Origin: Spirochaetia bacterium
Lineage (GTDB): Bacteria > Spirochaetota > Spirochaetia > UBA9216
Assembly: GCA_963677925.2 (NCBI GenBank)
Contig: CAXXYH010000004.1
Location: forward strand, 1,216,001 to 1,280,000
DNA: 64,000 bases
Direction: 5' to 3'
The notes under the pieces are model-generated. The model did not search any database, was not told the origin of the DNA, and saw only the letters and a program-made list of their open reading frames with translations. Below are positions 29,562 to 40,284 of the stretch, in pieces (position 1 is the stretch's first letter; each line of letters opens with the position of its first letter). A program made the translations under genes and the position numbers.

Positions 29562-29659
29562 GCGTTAACGAAAACGCATTTTAATATCTTCTTAATCATA
29601 AGTCAAATTTAATTTGACATCCATGTTTTTATGTCTTAAAATTGCGTTAACGATAACGC
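29562..29659. promoter_or_regulatory. Back-to-back promoters, each followed by a LacI-type operator
   Basis: Plus: TTGACA (29614), 17 bp, TAAAAT (29637), then GCGTTAACGATAACGC (29644-29659). Minus: TTGACT (29606), 17 bp, TAAAAT (29583), then GCGTTAACGAAAACGC (29562-29577, written on the plus strand). Confidence 0.78.
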
Positions 29660-29670
29660 GGGATGTTTTC

Positions 29671-30705
29671 ATGGCTACGATAAAAGATGTTGCAGATGCT
29701 GCAGGAGTCTCTATAGGCACAGTTGACCGGATTATTCACAACAGGGGGCGATTTTCAGACTCCACTGCAGAGAAGGTCCGGCTTGTGATGCAGGACCTCG
29801 ATTACTCTCCGAATATGCATGCAAGGGGTCTGAAAAAAGCAGGGAATATTTCACTGACGGTAATATTGCCTCAGGACCATCAGGATGCCGGGTACTGGAA
29901 AACCGTTTACAGCGGAATTGTAAAAGCTGTACAGGAGCTGGGCTCTATCTGCCGTGAAATCGATATAATCAGGTTTGACAGGTATTCCGAAACGTCCTGC
30001 AATGAGGTTATTGAACGGATTAAACACCTGCAGACAAACGGATTTCTTATTGCACCGGTATTCCACGATAACTGCAGCATTTCAGCTGAGGATATTAAAC
30101 CCGCCTGTGTTCTGATAGATACCGATAACCAGGATTTCGGCAGTCGGCTTACCTACATAGGCCAGGATTCCAGAAGCAGCGGGGCTTTATCGGCAAAACT
30201 CATGCATATGATTGCACGTGATCCGGAGGGTTATCTGCTGATCGCGGAACCTCCAGGACACAACGAGCATATCCGGGGAAGGGTTGATGGCTTCAGGGAA
30301 TACCTTGAAGCGAAGGGCTTGTTGTACGGGCTAAAAACCATCAATACCGGCTCCGATGATGAATCAGATTACCACCGGCATCTGGATAGTTTTTTTGAAG
30401 CAGAGAAAAATATTCCGGCTGGAATTTTTGTTCCTGATTCATCGGTATACTATTTCGGATCCTGGCTCAAATCCCGCGGTGAACAATACAGCTCAATTCC
30501 GCTTATCGGGTATGATCTAATCTCTGAAAGGCGGAATCTGATTGACGAGGAAGTTATCAATTTCATCATAACCCAGCAGCCGGAAGAGCAGGCCTACAGG
30601 GGCATGAAGCTCCTTTATGACGCAGTGGTTCTGGGCGGTTCTGCTCCGGGAGAGGTTTATCTTCCAATGAATATAATCACAAAAGAGAATCTTAATACCT
30701 TTTAA
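29671..30705 (+). CDS. LacI family transcriptional regulator (probable arabinose repressor)
   Basis: MATIKDVADAAGVSIGTVDRIIHNRG...YSPNMHARGL plus a periplasmic-binding-fold domain. Confidence 0.92.
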   Translation: MATIKDVADAAGVSIGTVDRIIHNRGRFSDSTAEKVRLVMQDLDYSPNMHARGLKKAGNISLTVILPQDHQDAGYWKTVYSGIVKAVQELGSICREIDIIRFDRYSETSCNEVIERIKHLQTNGFLIAPVFHDNCSISAEDIKPACVLIDTDNQDFGSRLTYIGQDSRSSGALSAKLMHMIARDPEGYLLIAEPPGHNEHIRGRVDGFREYLEAKGLLYGLKTINTGSDDESDYHRHLDSFFEAEKNIPAGIFVPDSSVYYFGSWLKSRGEQYSSIPLIGYDLISERRNLIDEEVINFIITQQPEEQAYRGMKLLYDAVVLGGSAPGEVYLPMNIITKENLNTF

Positions 30706-30733
30706 GGTTTCATATGGAATATGGAGGGATTAT

Positions 30734-32251
30734 ATGAAAGCGTATGAAAATATCAAAATATGGATGGTATCCGGAAGTCAGCACCTCTACGGAGAAGAGA
30801 CTCTCCGGGAAGTTGAGAGGCATACAAGGGAGATTGCAGGCAGCCTGAATGACAGTCCGCTTCTTTCCGCGCCTGTGGAATACCGTGGGATACTGACCAC
30901 ACCGGCAGAGATTACAAAGTTCTGTGTTGAGGCCAGTGCAGATGCGCAGTGTGCGGGTGTCATTCTGTGGATGCACACATTCTCGCCTTCAAAGATGTGG
31001 ATCAACGGTCTGAATGTAATGACAAAGCCCATGCTGCATCTGCATACCCAGTACAACCGGGACATCCCCTGGAATGAGATCGATATGGATTTTATGAATC
31101 TAAACCAGTCTGCTCACGGCGGAAGGGAGCACGGTTTCATCAATACCAGAATGAAAATAGCAAGAAAGGTTGTCGCCGGATACTGGAAGGATGAAAAAGT
31201 ATTAAAGCGTGTTGATGCCTGGATTAGAGCCGCTGCCGCGGTAAGCGATCAGAAGAGCATGAAGGTAGCCCGGTTCGGGGACAATATGCGCGATGTCGCG
31301 GTTACCGAGGGCGATAAGGTTGCAGCTCAGATATCGCTTGGATACGACGTCTACGGATACGGAATAGCCGATCTTGCTGCAGAGGTTGATGCCGTTTCTG
31401 AAAGCATGATTGATGAACTTGTTTCCGAATACAGCGGAAGCTATAAAATTGCAAAGGAACTTCTCCCCGGCGGAACTCAGGCAGGTATGCTCCGTGATGC
31501 CGCAAAGCTGGATGCTGGTCTTGATAGCTTTCTTGTGAAGGGCGGTTTTTCGGCATTTACAACAACCTTCGAGGACCTTACCGGAGTAAGCCAGCTTCCG
31601 GGCCTTGCATGCCAGCGGGCAATGGAAAAAGGATACGGATTCGGAGCCGAGGGTGACTGGAAAACCGCAGCCCTGGTTCACAGCATGAAGGTTATGGCTA
31701 AGGGGCTTACCGGCGGTACTTCCTTTATGGAAGATTATACCTACCATATGGACCCCTCAAATCCGATGGTGCTCGGCGCTCATATGCTGGAAGTCTGCCC
31801 CTCAATTGCCGGCGATACTGATGTTAGAATTGAATGTCATCCGCTTGATATCGGAGGAAAGGATGACCCAGTCAGAATGGTTTTTGATGTTCCGCCGGGC
31901 GCCGCTCTGAATGCATCGCTTATGGATATGGGCAACCGTTTCAGGCTTCTGGTCAACGAGGTTGAAGCTGTTAAACCGGAGAGCAGCTTCCCGAAACTGC
32001 CGGTTGCAAGAGCTATGTGGAAACCGCTGCCCGATCTTTCAACAGCAGCCGAAGCCTGGATTCTCGGCGGAGGTGCACACCATACCGCCTTCAGCAAGGA
32101 TGTTACATCTGAAATGCTGACCGATTATGCTGAAATGCTTGGAATAGAAATAGCCGTAATAAAGAACGGAACCGAAATAGGAAGCTTCAAGAATGAGCTT
32201 AAATGGAATGACCTGTATTATACAATGAGAGCTTTTTCAGGCGGAGTCTAA
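30734..32251 (+). CDS. araA: L-arabinose isomerase
   Basis: GSQHLYG, WMHTFSPSKMW, DMDFMNLNQSAHG, GFGAEGDWK, SFMEDYTY, GAHMLEVCP, GGAHHT. Confidence 0.97.
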   Translation: MKAYENIKIWMVSGSQHLYGEETLREVERHTREIAGSLNDSPLLSAPVEYRGILTTPAEITKFCVEASADAQCAGVILWMHTFSPSKMWINGLNVMTKPMLHLHTQYNRDIPWNEIDMDFMNLNQSAHGGREHGFINTRMKIARKVVAGYWKDEKVLKRVDAWIRAAAAVSDQKSMKVARFGDNMRDVAVTEGDKVAAQISLGYDVYGYGIADLAAEVDAVSESMIDELVSEYSGSYKIAKELLPGGTQAGMLRDAAKLDAGLDSFLVKGGFSAFTTTFEDLTGVSQLPGLACQRAMEKGYGFGAEGDWKTAALVHSMKVMAKGLTGGTSFMEDYTYHMDPSNPMVLGAHMLEVCPSIAGDTDVRIECHPLDIGGKDDPVRMVFDVPPGAALNASLMDMGNRFRLLVNEVEAVKPESSFPKLPVARAMWKPLPDLSTAAEAWILGGGAHHTAFSKDVTSEMLTDYAEMLGIEIAVIKNGTEIGSFKNELKWNDLYYTMRAFSGGV

Positions 32252-32269
32252 CCAACATAGAGTAATCTT

Positions 32270-32302
32270 AGCCCCGGGCTTATAGGTCCGGGGCTTTTTT
32301 TT
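32270..32302 (+). terminator. Intrinsic terminator after araA
   Basis: AGCCCCGG-loop-CCGGGGCT followed by a T-run. Confidence 0.85.
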
Positions 32303-32508
32303 ACGCTTACTCGGCCGGGTTCTTCAGAATCTTTTGTGCAGACAAAAAAACGTAAAAAATCCTAAATTCAGCATAAAAAAATCAACTTTTTCACTGGAAT
32401 ATCCTGAATACGGCGGACCGCCGTAAAATGTCCAACCAAAGTCGATAAGATAGTTCATGTACTTCTGAAATTTCCGGCCCTACAATCATAAAAAACTCAG
32501 GAGGTTCT

Positions 32509-33477
32509 ATGAACAGAAAAATTTTATGTGTTTTGGGCATACTGCTTGTATTAAGCCCGTTTGCGCTTTTTGCAGGAGGCCAGCAGGATTCAGGTCTTAT
32601 TAAAGTCGGAATCATAAATAACCCACCATCCGAATCAGGATACCGTGCTGCAAATGTGGCAGATTTTGAAAAAGTATTTACCGAAGCAAACGGATACGAA
32701 GTTTCAAGCTTTTACAGTCTTAAAAATGATGAGCAGCTGAATGCAGCAAGTCAGTTTATAAACGATAAGGTTGACTACATTCTTCTTTCCGCAGCTGCAA
32801 CTGACGGCTGGGATTCAGTCCTTGCAAATGCAAAGGAAGCAGGTATCAGAGTATTTCTGTTTGACCGGATGCTCAATGCCAGTTCCGACCTTTATGAAGC
32901 TGCTGTAGTTTCAGATATGGCAAACCAGGGTGATACTGCTGTTAAGTGGCTTAAGACTCAGAAGCTGTCGGAATACAACGTTATTCACATTCAGGGCGCA
33001 ATGGGAAGTGATGCCCAGATTGGTCGTACAAATGCACTTGAAGCAGAATTCAAGGCCGGAAAGATGAATAAGGTTGCCCAGCAGACTGCAACCTGGGATG
33101 AAGCCGAGGCAAAGAAGATAGTTGAATCAGTAATTAACTCAGGCGAGCCCTTCAATGTTATCTATGCCGAAAATGACGGAATGGCAAAAGGTGCAGTAGC
33201 TGCTCTTGATGATGCCGGTATTACTCACGGTGTTGACAAGGATGTTGTTGTAATGGGTTTTGACTGCAACAAGTGGGCTCTTAGAGAGCTGCTTGCCGGC
33301 AACTGGAATTATGACGGACAGTGCAGCCCGTTTCAGGCTTCTGTAATTGACGGAATGATTAAGAAAATTGAAGGCGGCGGAACACTTCCTTCAAAGAAGG
33401 TTATATCAGAAGAAAAGGGATTTGATGCAAGGACAATTACTCAGAAAGATATAGATACATACGGTCTGGGTGACTGA
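32509..33477 (+). CDS. Sugar ABC transporter substrate-binding protein (YtfQ-like; arabinose/galactofuranose)
   Basis: Spirochaete-type signal (..LFAGGQQD), ESGYRAAN, GWDSVLANAKEAGI.VFLFDR, YAENDGMAKGA. Confidence 0.87.
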   Translation: MNRKILCVLGILLVLSPFALFAGGQQDSGLIKVGIINNPPSESGYRAANVADFEKVFTEANGYEVSSFYSLKNDEQLNAASQFINDKVDYILLSAAATDGWDSVLANAKEAGIRVFLFDRMLNASSDLYEAAVVSDMANQGDTAVKWLKTQKLSEYNVIHIQGAMGSDAQIGRTNALEAEFKAGKMNKVAQQTATWDEAEAKKIVESVINSGEPFNVIYAENDGMAKGAVAALDDAGITHGVDKDVVVMGFDCNKWALRELLAGNWNYDGQCSPFQASVIDGMIKKIEGGGTLPSKKVISEEKGFDARTITQKDIDTYGLGD

Positions 33478-33578
33478 TTGCTGAAGGCATTCTAAGGACG
33501 GATGCTGATTGGGGCGCGAAGTATGCATGAATTTCAGGCATGCTCCGCGCCGTTATTTTTAAAGGCGGGTTGATACTA

Positions 33579-35099
33579 ATGAATAATGACATCGTATTGT
33601 CCATGCACGGAATCGGAAAGCGATTTCCGGGTGTAAGGGCTTTGCATAATGTGGATTTTACCCTGTGCCGGGGAGAAATCCATGCTTTAATGGGAGAGAA
33701 CGGTGCCGGTAAATCAACGCTGGTAAAGGTTCTTACCGGTGTTTACCAGAAAGATTCCGGGCAGATAAGACTATCCGGAATTGAGAGGGATCTGACGATT
33801 AAATCTCCACAGGATGCCCAGAATCTGGGCATCAGTACGGTTTATCAGGAGATAACCCTGTGTCCGAATCTTACTGTAGCCGAAAACATGTTTATCGGGC
33901 GTGGTAATTACCGGTTTGTAAACTGGCGTTCAATTGAAAAAAAGGCCGATGAAATTCTTAAGCGGCTAAATATTCCTGCCAGTGCATCCAGGCAGCTCGG
34001 ATCCTGTTCCCTTGCTGTGCAGCAGATGGTTGCGGTTGCCCGTGCTGTTGACATGGACTGTAAGATCCTCATCCTTGATGAACCGACATCCTCGCTTGAT
34101 GAGCAGGAAGTAGAACTTTTGTTTTCACTGATGCGGGATCTTAAGAAGCGTGGAGTCGGAATAATTTTTATTACGCATTTTCTTGAGCAGGTGTATGAAG
34201 TCTGTGACAGAATAACCGTACTTCGAAACGGCGAGCTGGTCGGCGCCTACAATATAAAGGATTTGCCGCGTATTGAACTTATATCTGCGATGATGGGTAA
34301 GGACCTTGATGATATATCAGAACTGCAGGAACGCCGGAAAGCGGTCGCTTCAGAAGATATACCGGTCGTGTACGAAGCTGAAGGGCTGTCCAGTGCAGAG
34401 GGTACAAAGCCCTTTGATTTTAAGATCCGCAAGGGTGAGGTGAACGGCTTTACCGGACTGCTTGGATCCGGCCGAAGCGAAAGCGTAAGGGCTATATTCG
34501 GCGCAGATCGTATTACCGGCGGCAGGATTAAAATCAACGGGAAGGATGCAAGGATCTCCAAACCGAAGGATTCAATGAAACACGGAATCGGTTATCTGCC
34601 GGAGGACCGTAAGCTTGACGGTATCATTGAAGACCTGTCAGTCCGTGAGAATATCATCCTTGCCCTGCAGGTTTTAAAAGGTTTTTTCCGGCCCTTTTCA
34701 AGAGCCGAGGCCGAAAACTTCGCGGATAAATATATCAAAATGCTGGGAATCAAAACCGCTTCAACAGATACTCCCATTAAATCTCTGTCAGGGGGGAATC
34801 AGCAGAAGGCTATTCTTGCACGCTGGCTTCTGACGAATCCGCAGTATCTCATCCTTGATGAACCAACCCGTGGAATTGATGTAGGAACCAAGATTGAGAT
34901 TCAGAAACTCGTTCTTCAGCTGGCAGAAGAGGGGGTAAGCGTCTCTTTTATTTCATCTGAAATTGAGGAAATGCTCGCTACCTGCTCCAGACTGATTGTA
35001 ATGAGAGACAGAAATATTGTAGGTGAACTAAAGGGAGAGGATATGACCCAGACCAGTATTATGCATACTATTGCGGGGGAGGCTGATCGGAATGATTAA
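33579..35099 (+). CDS. Sugar ABC transporter ATP-binding protein (YtfR-like)
   Basis: GENGAGKST, LDEPTSSL, ITHFL, LSGGNQQK, LDEPTRGIDVG. Confidence 0.93.
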   Translation: MNNDIVLSMHGIGKRFPGVRALHNVDFTLCRGEIHALMGENGAGKSTLVKVLTGVYQKDSGQIRLSGIERDLTIKSPQDAQNLGISTVYQEITLCPNLTVAENMFIGRGNYRFVNWRSIEKKADEILKRLNIPASASRQLGSCSLAVQQMVAVARAVDMDCKILILDEPTSSLDEQEVELLFSLMRDLKKRGVGIIFITHFLEQVYEVCDRITVLRNGELVGAYNIKDLPRIELISAMMGKDLDDISELQERRKAVASEDIPVVYEAEGLSSAEGTKPFDFKIRKGEVNGFTGLLGSGRSESVRAIFGADRITGGRIKINGKDARISKPKDSMKHGIGYLPEDRKLDGIIEDLSVRENIILALQVLKGFFRPFSRAEAENFADKYIKMLGIKTASTDTPIKSLSGGNQQKAILARWLLTNPQYLILDEPTRGIDVGTKIEIQKLVLQLAEEGVSVSFISSEIEEMLATCSRLIVMRDRNIVGELKGEDMTQTSIMHTIAGEADRND

Positions 35100-36156
35100 G
35101 AGCCTATTTAGAAAACTTACCCGGTCGCAGCTGGCTATTCCGCTGTTTGCCCTCTTTCTGATTGTCATTTTTAATTTATTCAGGGATATCAGTTTCTTTT
35201 CGATAAGAGTAATCACAAATAACTATGGGAATACCGTGCTTTCCGGAAACCTTATCAGTATCCTCAACGGTGCTTCCGAACTGGCTATTCTGGCAATTGC
35301 AATGACTATGGTTACTTCGGCTACAAAGGGGCAGGATATAAGCGTCGGAGCCGCAGCGGCAATTGCAGGCAGTGTCTTTGTGAAGGTCCTGCGCGCAAAT
35401 GAAATTACAATGCCGGTTATCCTTGTGGCCCTTCTTGCGGCCTGCATTGTTGCTATTCTTTTTGCCCTTTTTACAGGGTCGCTTGTATCCTTTTTCAATA
35501 TCCAGCCTATGATTGCATCCCTGATACTGTTTACTGCTGGCCGGCCCATTGCCTACTGGATAAACGGAGGGGCTACCCCGAACGTTGAGAGCCCGCTGCT
35601 CGGTTACATAGGCAGTTTTATTCCGGGAATTCCTATCCCCAGTCCAATCCTGATTGTCGCGGTATTCGGAATTCTTGTGACTCTGGCTCTTAAATTTACA
35701 AATCTTGGTTTGTATACTCAGTCTGTCGGTATAAACGAAAAGGCAGCCCGCCTGAACGGGATTAATCCTGTAATGATTAAACTCCTGTCCTTCATGATTC
35801 TCGGAGTCTGTGTTGCCTTCGCCGGGGCAATTAATGTGAGCAGGATAGGATTGATTAATCATGAAACCATCCTTCTGGATATTGAAATGGATGCCATCCT
35901 TGCTGTTGCGATAGGCGGTAATGCCTTAAGCGGCGGTAAATTCAGGCTGGCAGGTTCGGTAATCGGAGCCTATATCATTCAGGCACTCACTATCACCCTG
36001 TATGCCATGAAGGTTTCCTCCACTGCCGTAAAAGCCTACAAGGCTGTTGTTATTATCGCTATAGTCATCATCGGTTCACCGGTAGTTCAGAAACATGCAA
36101 AGCAGCTGCGGGAAAGACTGTTCTCAAAATCAATGAAGCTGACGGAGGGTAACTGA
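35092..36156 (+). CDS. Sugar ABC transporter permease (YtfT-like)
   Basis: GQDISVG, IQPMIASL, GINEKAARLNGI, EMDAILAVAIGG. Confidence 0.9.
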   Translation: MIKSLFRKLTRSQLAIPLFALFLIVIFNLFRDISFFSIRVITNNYGNTVLSGNLISILNGASELAILAIAMTMVTSATKGQDISVGAAAAIAGSVFVKVLRANEITMPVILVALLAACIVAILFALFTGSLVSFFNIQPMIASLILFTAGRPIAYWINGGATPNVESPLLGYIGSFIPGIPIPSPILIVAVFGILVTLALKFTNLGLYTQSVGINEKAARLNGINPVMIKLLSFMILGVCVAFAGAINVSRIGLINHETILLDIEMDAILAVAIGGNALSGGKFRLAGSVIGAYIIQALTITLYAMKVSSTAVKAYKAVVIIAIVIIGSPVVQKHAKQLRERLFSKSMKLTEGN

Positions 36157-36157
36157 T

Positions 36158-37198
36158 ATGCTGAATAAAAAATCCGGCAAAAAACTTAAAGAACCTGTCT
36201 CAAACACCGCATTACTGCTGACCATTACAGTAAGCGCTTTTGTCGCAATGTATGTCCTTGCAATGATAATCTGGGGCGGCGGATTTCTTAATCCGCAGCA
36301 GTTTTTTGATATGTTCAACAATAACGCCTATCTGATAATTGTATCCTGCGGGCTTACCGTCGTGATGATAGCTGCGGGGATAGATATTTCGGTAGGAGGA
36401 ATGATTGCCCTGGTTACCATGACCAGCGTTGTCTGTATAGAAGATTTCGGTTTCGGCATTGCAGGGTCAATTATCCTTGCACTCGGAATGGGGCTTGCAA
36501 TCGGAGGAATTCAGGGGTTTCTGATCTCCTATCTGGAAATTCAGCCGTTTATTGTTACTCTCGGGGGGATGTTTTTTACCAAGGGCCTTACCACCATAGT
36601 AAGCAAGGTGCCGAGAACCGTAACAAATGAATCGTTTCTTGCCCTCAAGAATTTCAGGCTGATAGTTCCGGGGATCGGCTCCTATGGAAAAACGGGTAAC
36701 TTTATACCTGTAAGGGTGGAGCCCGGAGTAATTGTGGCCGTTTTGATAGTTGTGCTGATATGGGCCGCTCTGAGGTGGACCAGATTCGGACGCAATCTAT
36801 ACGCTGTAGGCGGAAACAGCCAGAGTGCCCTTATGCTGGGTATCAATGTGAAGCGCACAAGATTTTTCTCATACCTGCTCAGCGGTCTGCTTGCCGGTAT
36901 AGGCGGCTATATTTATCTGCTGCACACTGGTGCCGGTAATGCCGCAAATGCCACTCAGGCTGAAATTCAGGCGATAGCCTCATCAATTATCGGCGGGACT
37001 CTGCTTACCGGCGGAGTGGGGAGTGTTGTCGGTACACTGTTCGGGGTGCTTTCGCTGAAGACTATAAGCAATATAGTTATTGCCTCGGGTTTAAGAGAGC
37101 CCTACTGGCAGAGTATTACAATAGGGCTTATGCTGTGCTTTTTTATCCTGCTTCAGAGCGTGATTCTTGCTGTCCGTAAGAAGGGCGGCGCCGGTTAA
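36158..37198 (+). CDS. Sugar ABC transporter permease (YjfF-like)
   Basis: GIDISVG, IQPFIVTL, TRFGRNLYAVGGN, AIASSIIGGTLLTGGVG. Confidence 0.9.
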   Translation: MLNKKSGKKLKEPVSNTALLLTITVSAFVAMYVLAMIIWGGGFLNPQQFFDMFNNNAYLIIVSCGLTVVMIAAGIDISVGGMIALVTMTSVVCIEDFGFGIAGSIILALGMGLAIGGIQGFLISYLEIQPFIVTLGGMFFTKGLTTIVSKVPRTVTNESFLALKNFRLIVPGIGSYGKTGNFIPVRVEPGVIVAVLIVVLIWAALRWTRFGRNLYAVGGNSQSALMLGINVKRTRFFSYLLSGLLAGIGGYIYLLHTGAGNAANATQAEIQAIASSIIGGTLLTGGVGSVVGTLFGVLSLKTISNIVIASGLREPYWQSITIGLMLCFFILLQSVILAVRKKGGAG

Positions 37199-37231
37199 GT
37201 AATAAGCTTTAATGTTATAACGCGTCCAGGT

Positions 37232-38824
37232 TCAGGTTCTTACCGCTGCTGATGACCGGTATTCCTTCGGTGAGACTCCCATATTCTTCTTGAATATAAA
37301 GCTGAAGTAGTGCGGATCGCTGTATCCTGCCTCAAAGGCGATGTCGGAGCATTTCATTTCGCTTTCAAGAAGAAGCCTGCCGGCGTGCTCCATCCGAACA
37401 GCGGTAAGATACTCAATGAAGGTTTTGCCGACATCCTGTGAGAATATGGTGCTGAAGTGGTTGGGGCTGACGTTTACGTAAGATGCGACTGAGTTAAGGG
37501 AAATATCCTGACTCATGAAATTCTTTCTGATGTACTGCTTTGCTTCCTGAATCCGGATGTTATGCTTTTTTCCCATAGTCGAATCCCGGAAATTGATCCA
37601 TTCTTCAAGAATCGATTTTATCTGTTCCCTGAAAATTGATTCGGAAGCTGAAGCTTCAAGCAGTTTTTCGTGTGTATCAAGCTGCTTGATTATCCCGGCC
37701 GGGCCGCCGCCTGCTTCCTTTATGAGTTCGCTGACCGAATCGATGAGATCCTTAAGCAGCAGGAAAAGCAGATTCCGGTTAGTATCGGGGCCATCACTGT
37801 TTCCCGTCAGCTTCAGGTACGATTGCGTGAATTCTTCAATATTCCCGAAATCGATGCTTTTAAGCTGTCCGGTGAGATGCCCGTTCTCCGCCTGGAGCTG
37901 TTTTACAGTCATTGCCCAGTTTAAATCATCTGTTCCGAGTATGTTCTTTTTTCCTGAAATATTCATATACCGGATCAACCTGTCTGCAGAAGTGTAGGAA
38001 TAAACTATTTCACTGATGTGTTCTGCTCTGGTTCCTATTCCGATAGAAACCGGGCATCCGGTCTTTCTTTCGGTTTCAAATTTAACCGCCTGCGCCAGTG
38101 TATAGAGGCTGTCATCCGTGTTTTCAGCCGCTGTTTTCACCAGGAGTATCTGCTTTGCCTGGCTCAGGGGGAATGAAATTACATCGGATCTTCCATCGAG
38201 CGTAGCATTTATTACCTCGCGGGCAAGGCTGTATTTAGAATAATCATCACCGGCCGGATAAAACTCGGTTATCATGCATACATATCCTCTGCTTATAAGG
38301 TCTATTCCGAATTCCATTGCAGTTTCCATAGCATTGACTGAATCAGTCTGGCCGGTTACCAGCCGGCTCAGCCACTTTTCCTTCATCAGCTCTTCATTTG
38401 TGCTGACTTTCTTTTTCAGATTTTCCAGATCATTAAGTCTGCGTCTTTCCCCGGTAAGTCTGTCTGCTACTCTGTCCAGTGTAGATATCATTTCCGCTGC
38501 AGATATGGGTTTTAAGAGATATTCTTCAATCCCTATTGAGATAGCCTCCTTTGCATACTGAAACTCGTCATGTCCGGAAAGTATGATTATTTTAAGCCAG
38601 GGCTGATCTTTTTTGATTATTCTGGCAAGAGTCAGTCCGTCCATAAAAGGCATTTTAATGTCGGTAATCAGAATGTCAGGCTTGATCTCCCTGAGCGCAT
38701 GCAGGGCCATCTCGCCGTCCGGCGCCTCTCCTGCGAGAGTGTAGCGGGTACTCTCCCACGGGATGCTGTTTCTTATTCCTTCCCTTGTGACTATCTCATC
38801 CTCAACAAGAAATACACTATACAT
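37232..38824 (-). CDS. YesN-type response regulator (REC + AraC HTH)
   Basis: FLVEDE, ITDIKMPFMDG, LSGHDEFQYA, YLLKP; C-terminal VSPNHFSTIF...GYSDPHYFS..FKK. Confidence 0.93.
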   Translation of the reverse strand: MYSVFLVEDEIVTREGIRNSIPWESTRYTLAGEAPDGEMALHALREIKPDILITDIKMPFMDGLTLARIIKKDQPWLKIIILSGHDEFQYAKEAISIGIEEYLLKPISAAEMISTLDRVADRLTGERRRLNDLENLKKKVSTNEELMKEKWLSRLVTGQTDSVNAMETAMEFGIDLISRGYVCMITEFYPAGDDYSKYSLAREVINATLDGRSDVISFPLSQAKQILLVKTAAENTDDSLYTLAQAVKFETERKTGCPVSIGIGTRAEHISEIVYSYTSADRLIRYMNISGKKNILGTDDLNWAMTVKQLQAENGHLTGQLKSIDFGNIEEFTQSYLKLTGNSDGPDTNRNLLFLLLKDLIDSVSELIKEAGGGPAGIIKQLDTHEKLLEASASESIFREQIKSILEEWINFRDSTMGKKHNIRIQEAKQYIRKNFMSQDISLNSVASYVNVSPNHFSTIFSQDVGKTFIEYLTAVRMEHAGRLLLESEMKCSDIAFEAGYSDPHYFSFIFKKNMGVSPKEYRSSAAVRT

Positions 38825-40283
38825 TCTCAACCTCCGGAACCCTGAACGTAACTGAAGTCCCTTTTAAATATTCACTTTGAATTTCGAGAGATGCCCGTCC
38901 ATTGTAGTAGAGCTCAAGCCGCTTGTTTACATTATAAAGCCCGTAAACATCGCCTACAGCCGAATGATCCGCCTCGCTGTTCATCTGATGCTTGATATCC
39001 TCAAGCCGCTCGGGCTGTATTCCAATACCGTCATCATCAACCCTGAAGTATAGAAATGCATTATCGCGCCAGCCTTTAACCAGAAGGTTTCCGCGGCCTC
39101 TTTTGTTTTTTATTCCGTGGTACAGGGCGTTCTCAACAATAGGCTGAAGAAGCAGTTTGAGCATAGATTCCTGCATCATGGATTCATCGAATTCTATTTC
39201 ATAGTTTAGAATATCCCGGTAACGGACTTTCTGGATGCTCAGATAATTACAGGCATGTTCATACTCATTCTGAACCGAGGTCCAGTCGCGGCCTTTGTTA
39301 AGTGTTGTCCGGAAGAAGCTTGAAAAATTCCTGGCAACATCGATAACCTCATCATGTCTGCGGCCTTCAGCCAGCCAGACTATGGTGTCAAGTGTATTAT
39401 AGAGGAAATGAGGAGTAATCTGAGCCTGAAGCGCCTTCATCTCAGATTTCTGAAAGTTTTTCTGTTCCTCAATATTGGCTTCAATAAGTTTCTTGATTTT
39501 CTCTGCCATGATATTCAGGTTTTCGGTCAGATTATCCAGCTCTTCTACGTGAGGCTGATCAGCTCTTGCGGCAAGGTTTCCCGATGCAATCTCACTGGAT
39601 AAATTTTCGAGCTCTCTGATCGGAAGGTTTATGGTTGTTGATACATACCGCTGGGTAAAAATGGAAAAAAGCATTACAAAAATTACTATCATAATCTGCA
39701 GGATAGAAAGCATAACCGATATCTGCTTTATGTTCTCATTAGTAATCGAAGCAGCTTCAATTTCCAGAACTATGAACTCCTGCAGAATGTCGGATATAAG
39801 CTCTGATACGCCCCGGATTTCATCCAGAATATCTTCGTTTTCGGTTACGGGATACTGCTCCTGTATCTGGTAACCCAGCCGGTCAACGTATCTGGAGAGC
39901 GTATCCAGCGCACGGCCTGCGACTTCAAGCATTCTTCTGTTTTCGGTAATTTCTGTATTTTTAAATATCAAATCAAGCCGGCGGCCTATATCGTAGAGTA
40001 TTTCATACTGCCTGCCTTCGTCGAATCCACGGCTGCCTGCAACGATATCCCAGATTTCATTGGAAATCTCAGTTTTTACAATCTGGTTCAGTCTGTTTGT
40101 CTGGCTTACGTTTGTTATTGTTCTGTCATATCGTGCAATCTGAAGCCAGCTTGAAGCAATGCTTATTACCGGTGCTATGAGCATAAGGCAGATAATTACG
40201 ATGTATGAGCTCTGCAGTATCTGTCTGATGCTGGCTGTTTTTCTTTTACCGGCTGATATTTCTGTTCCGGATTCGGTTTTCAT
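38817..40283 (-). CDS. YesM/LytS-type sensor histidine kinase (TM-sensor-TM-HAMP-kinase)
   Basis: ALQAQITPHFLYNTL, LQPIVENALYHG, DDGIG, YGLYNV. Confidence 0.92.
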   Translation of the reverse strand: MKTESGTEISAGKRKTASIRQILQSSYIVIICLMLIAPVISIASSWLQIARYDRTITNVSQTNRLNQIVKTEISNEIWDIVAGSRGFDEGRQYEILYDIGRRLDLIFKNTEITENRRMLEVAGRALDTLSRYVDRLGYQIQEQYPVTENEDILDEIRGVSELISDILQEFIVLEIEAASITNENIKQISVMLSILQIMIVIFVMLFSIFTQRYVSTTINLPIRELENLSSEIASGNLAARADQPHVEELDNLTENLNIMAEKIKKLIEANIEEQKNFQKSEMKALQAQITPHFLYNTLDTIVWLAEGRRHDEVIDVARNFSSFFRTTLNKGRDWTSVQNEYEHACNYLSIQKVRYRDILNYEIEFDESMMQESMLKLLLQPIVENALYHGIKNKRGRGNLLVKGWRDNAFLYFRVDDDGIGIQPERLEDIKHQMNSEADHSAVGDVYGLYNVNKRLELYYNGRASLEIQSEYLKGTSVTFRVPEVENV

Positions 40284-40284
40284 C

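Noticed and set aside
33513-33550. GC-rich hairpin after the SBP gene as a possible ncRNA
   Set aside because: Position and lack of a strong U-tract fit an ordinary intercistronic mRNA-stabilising stem of ABC operons.
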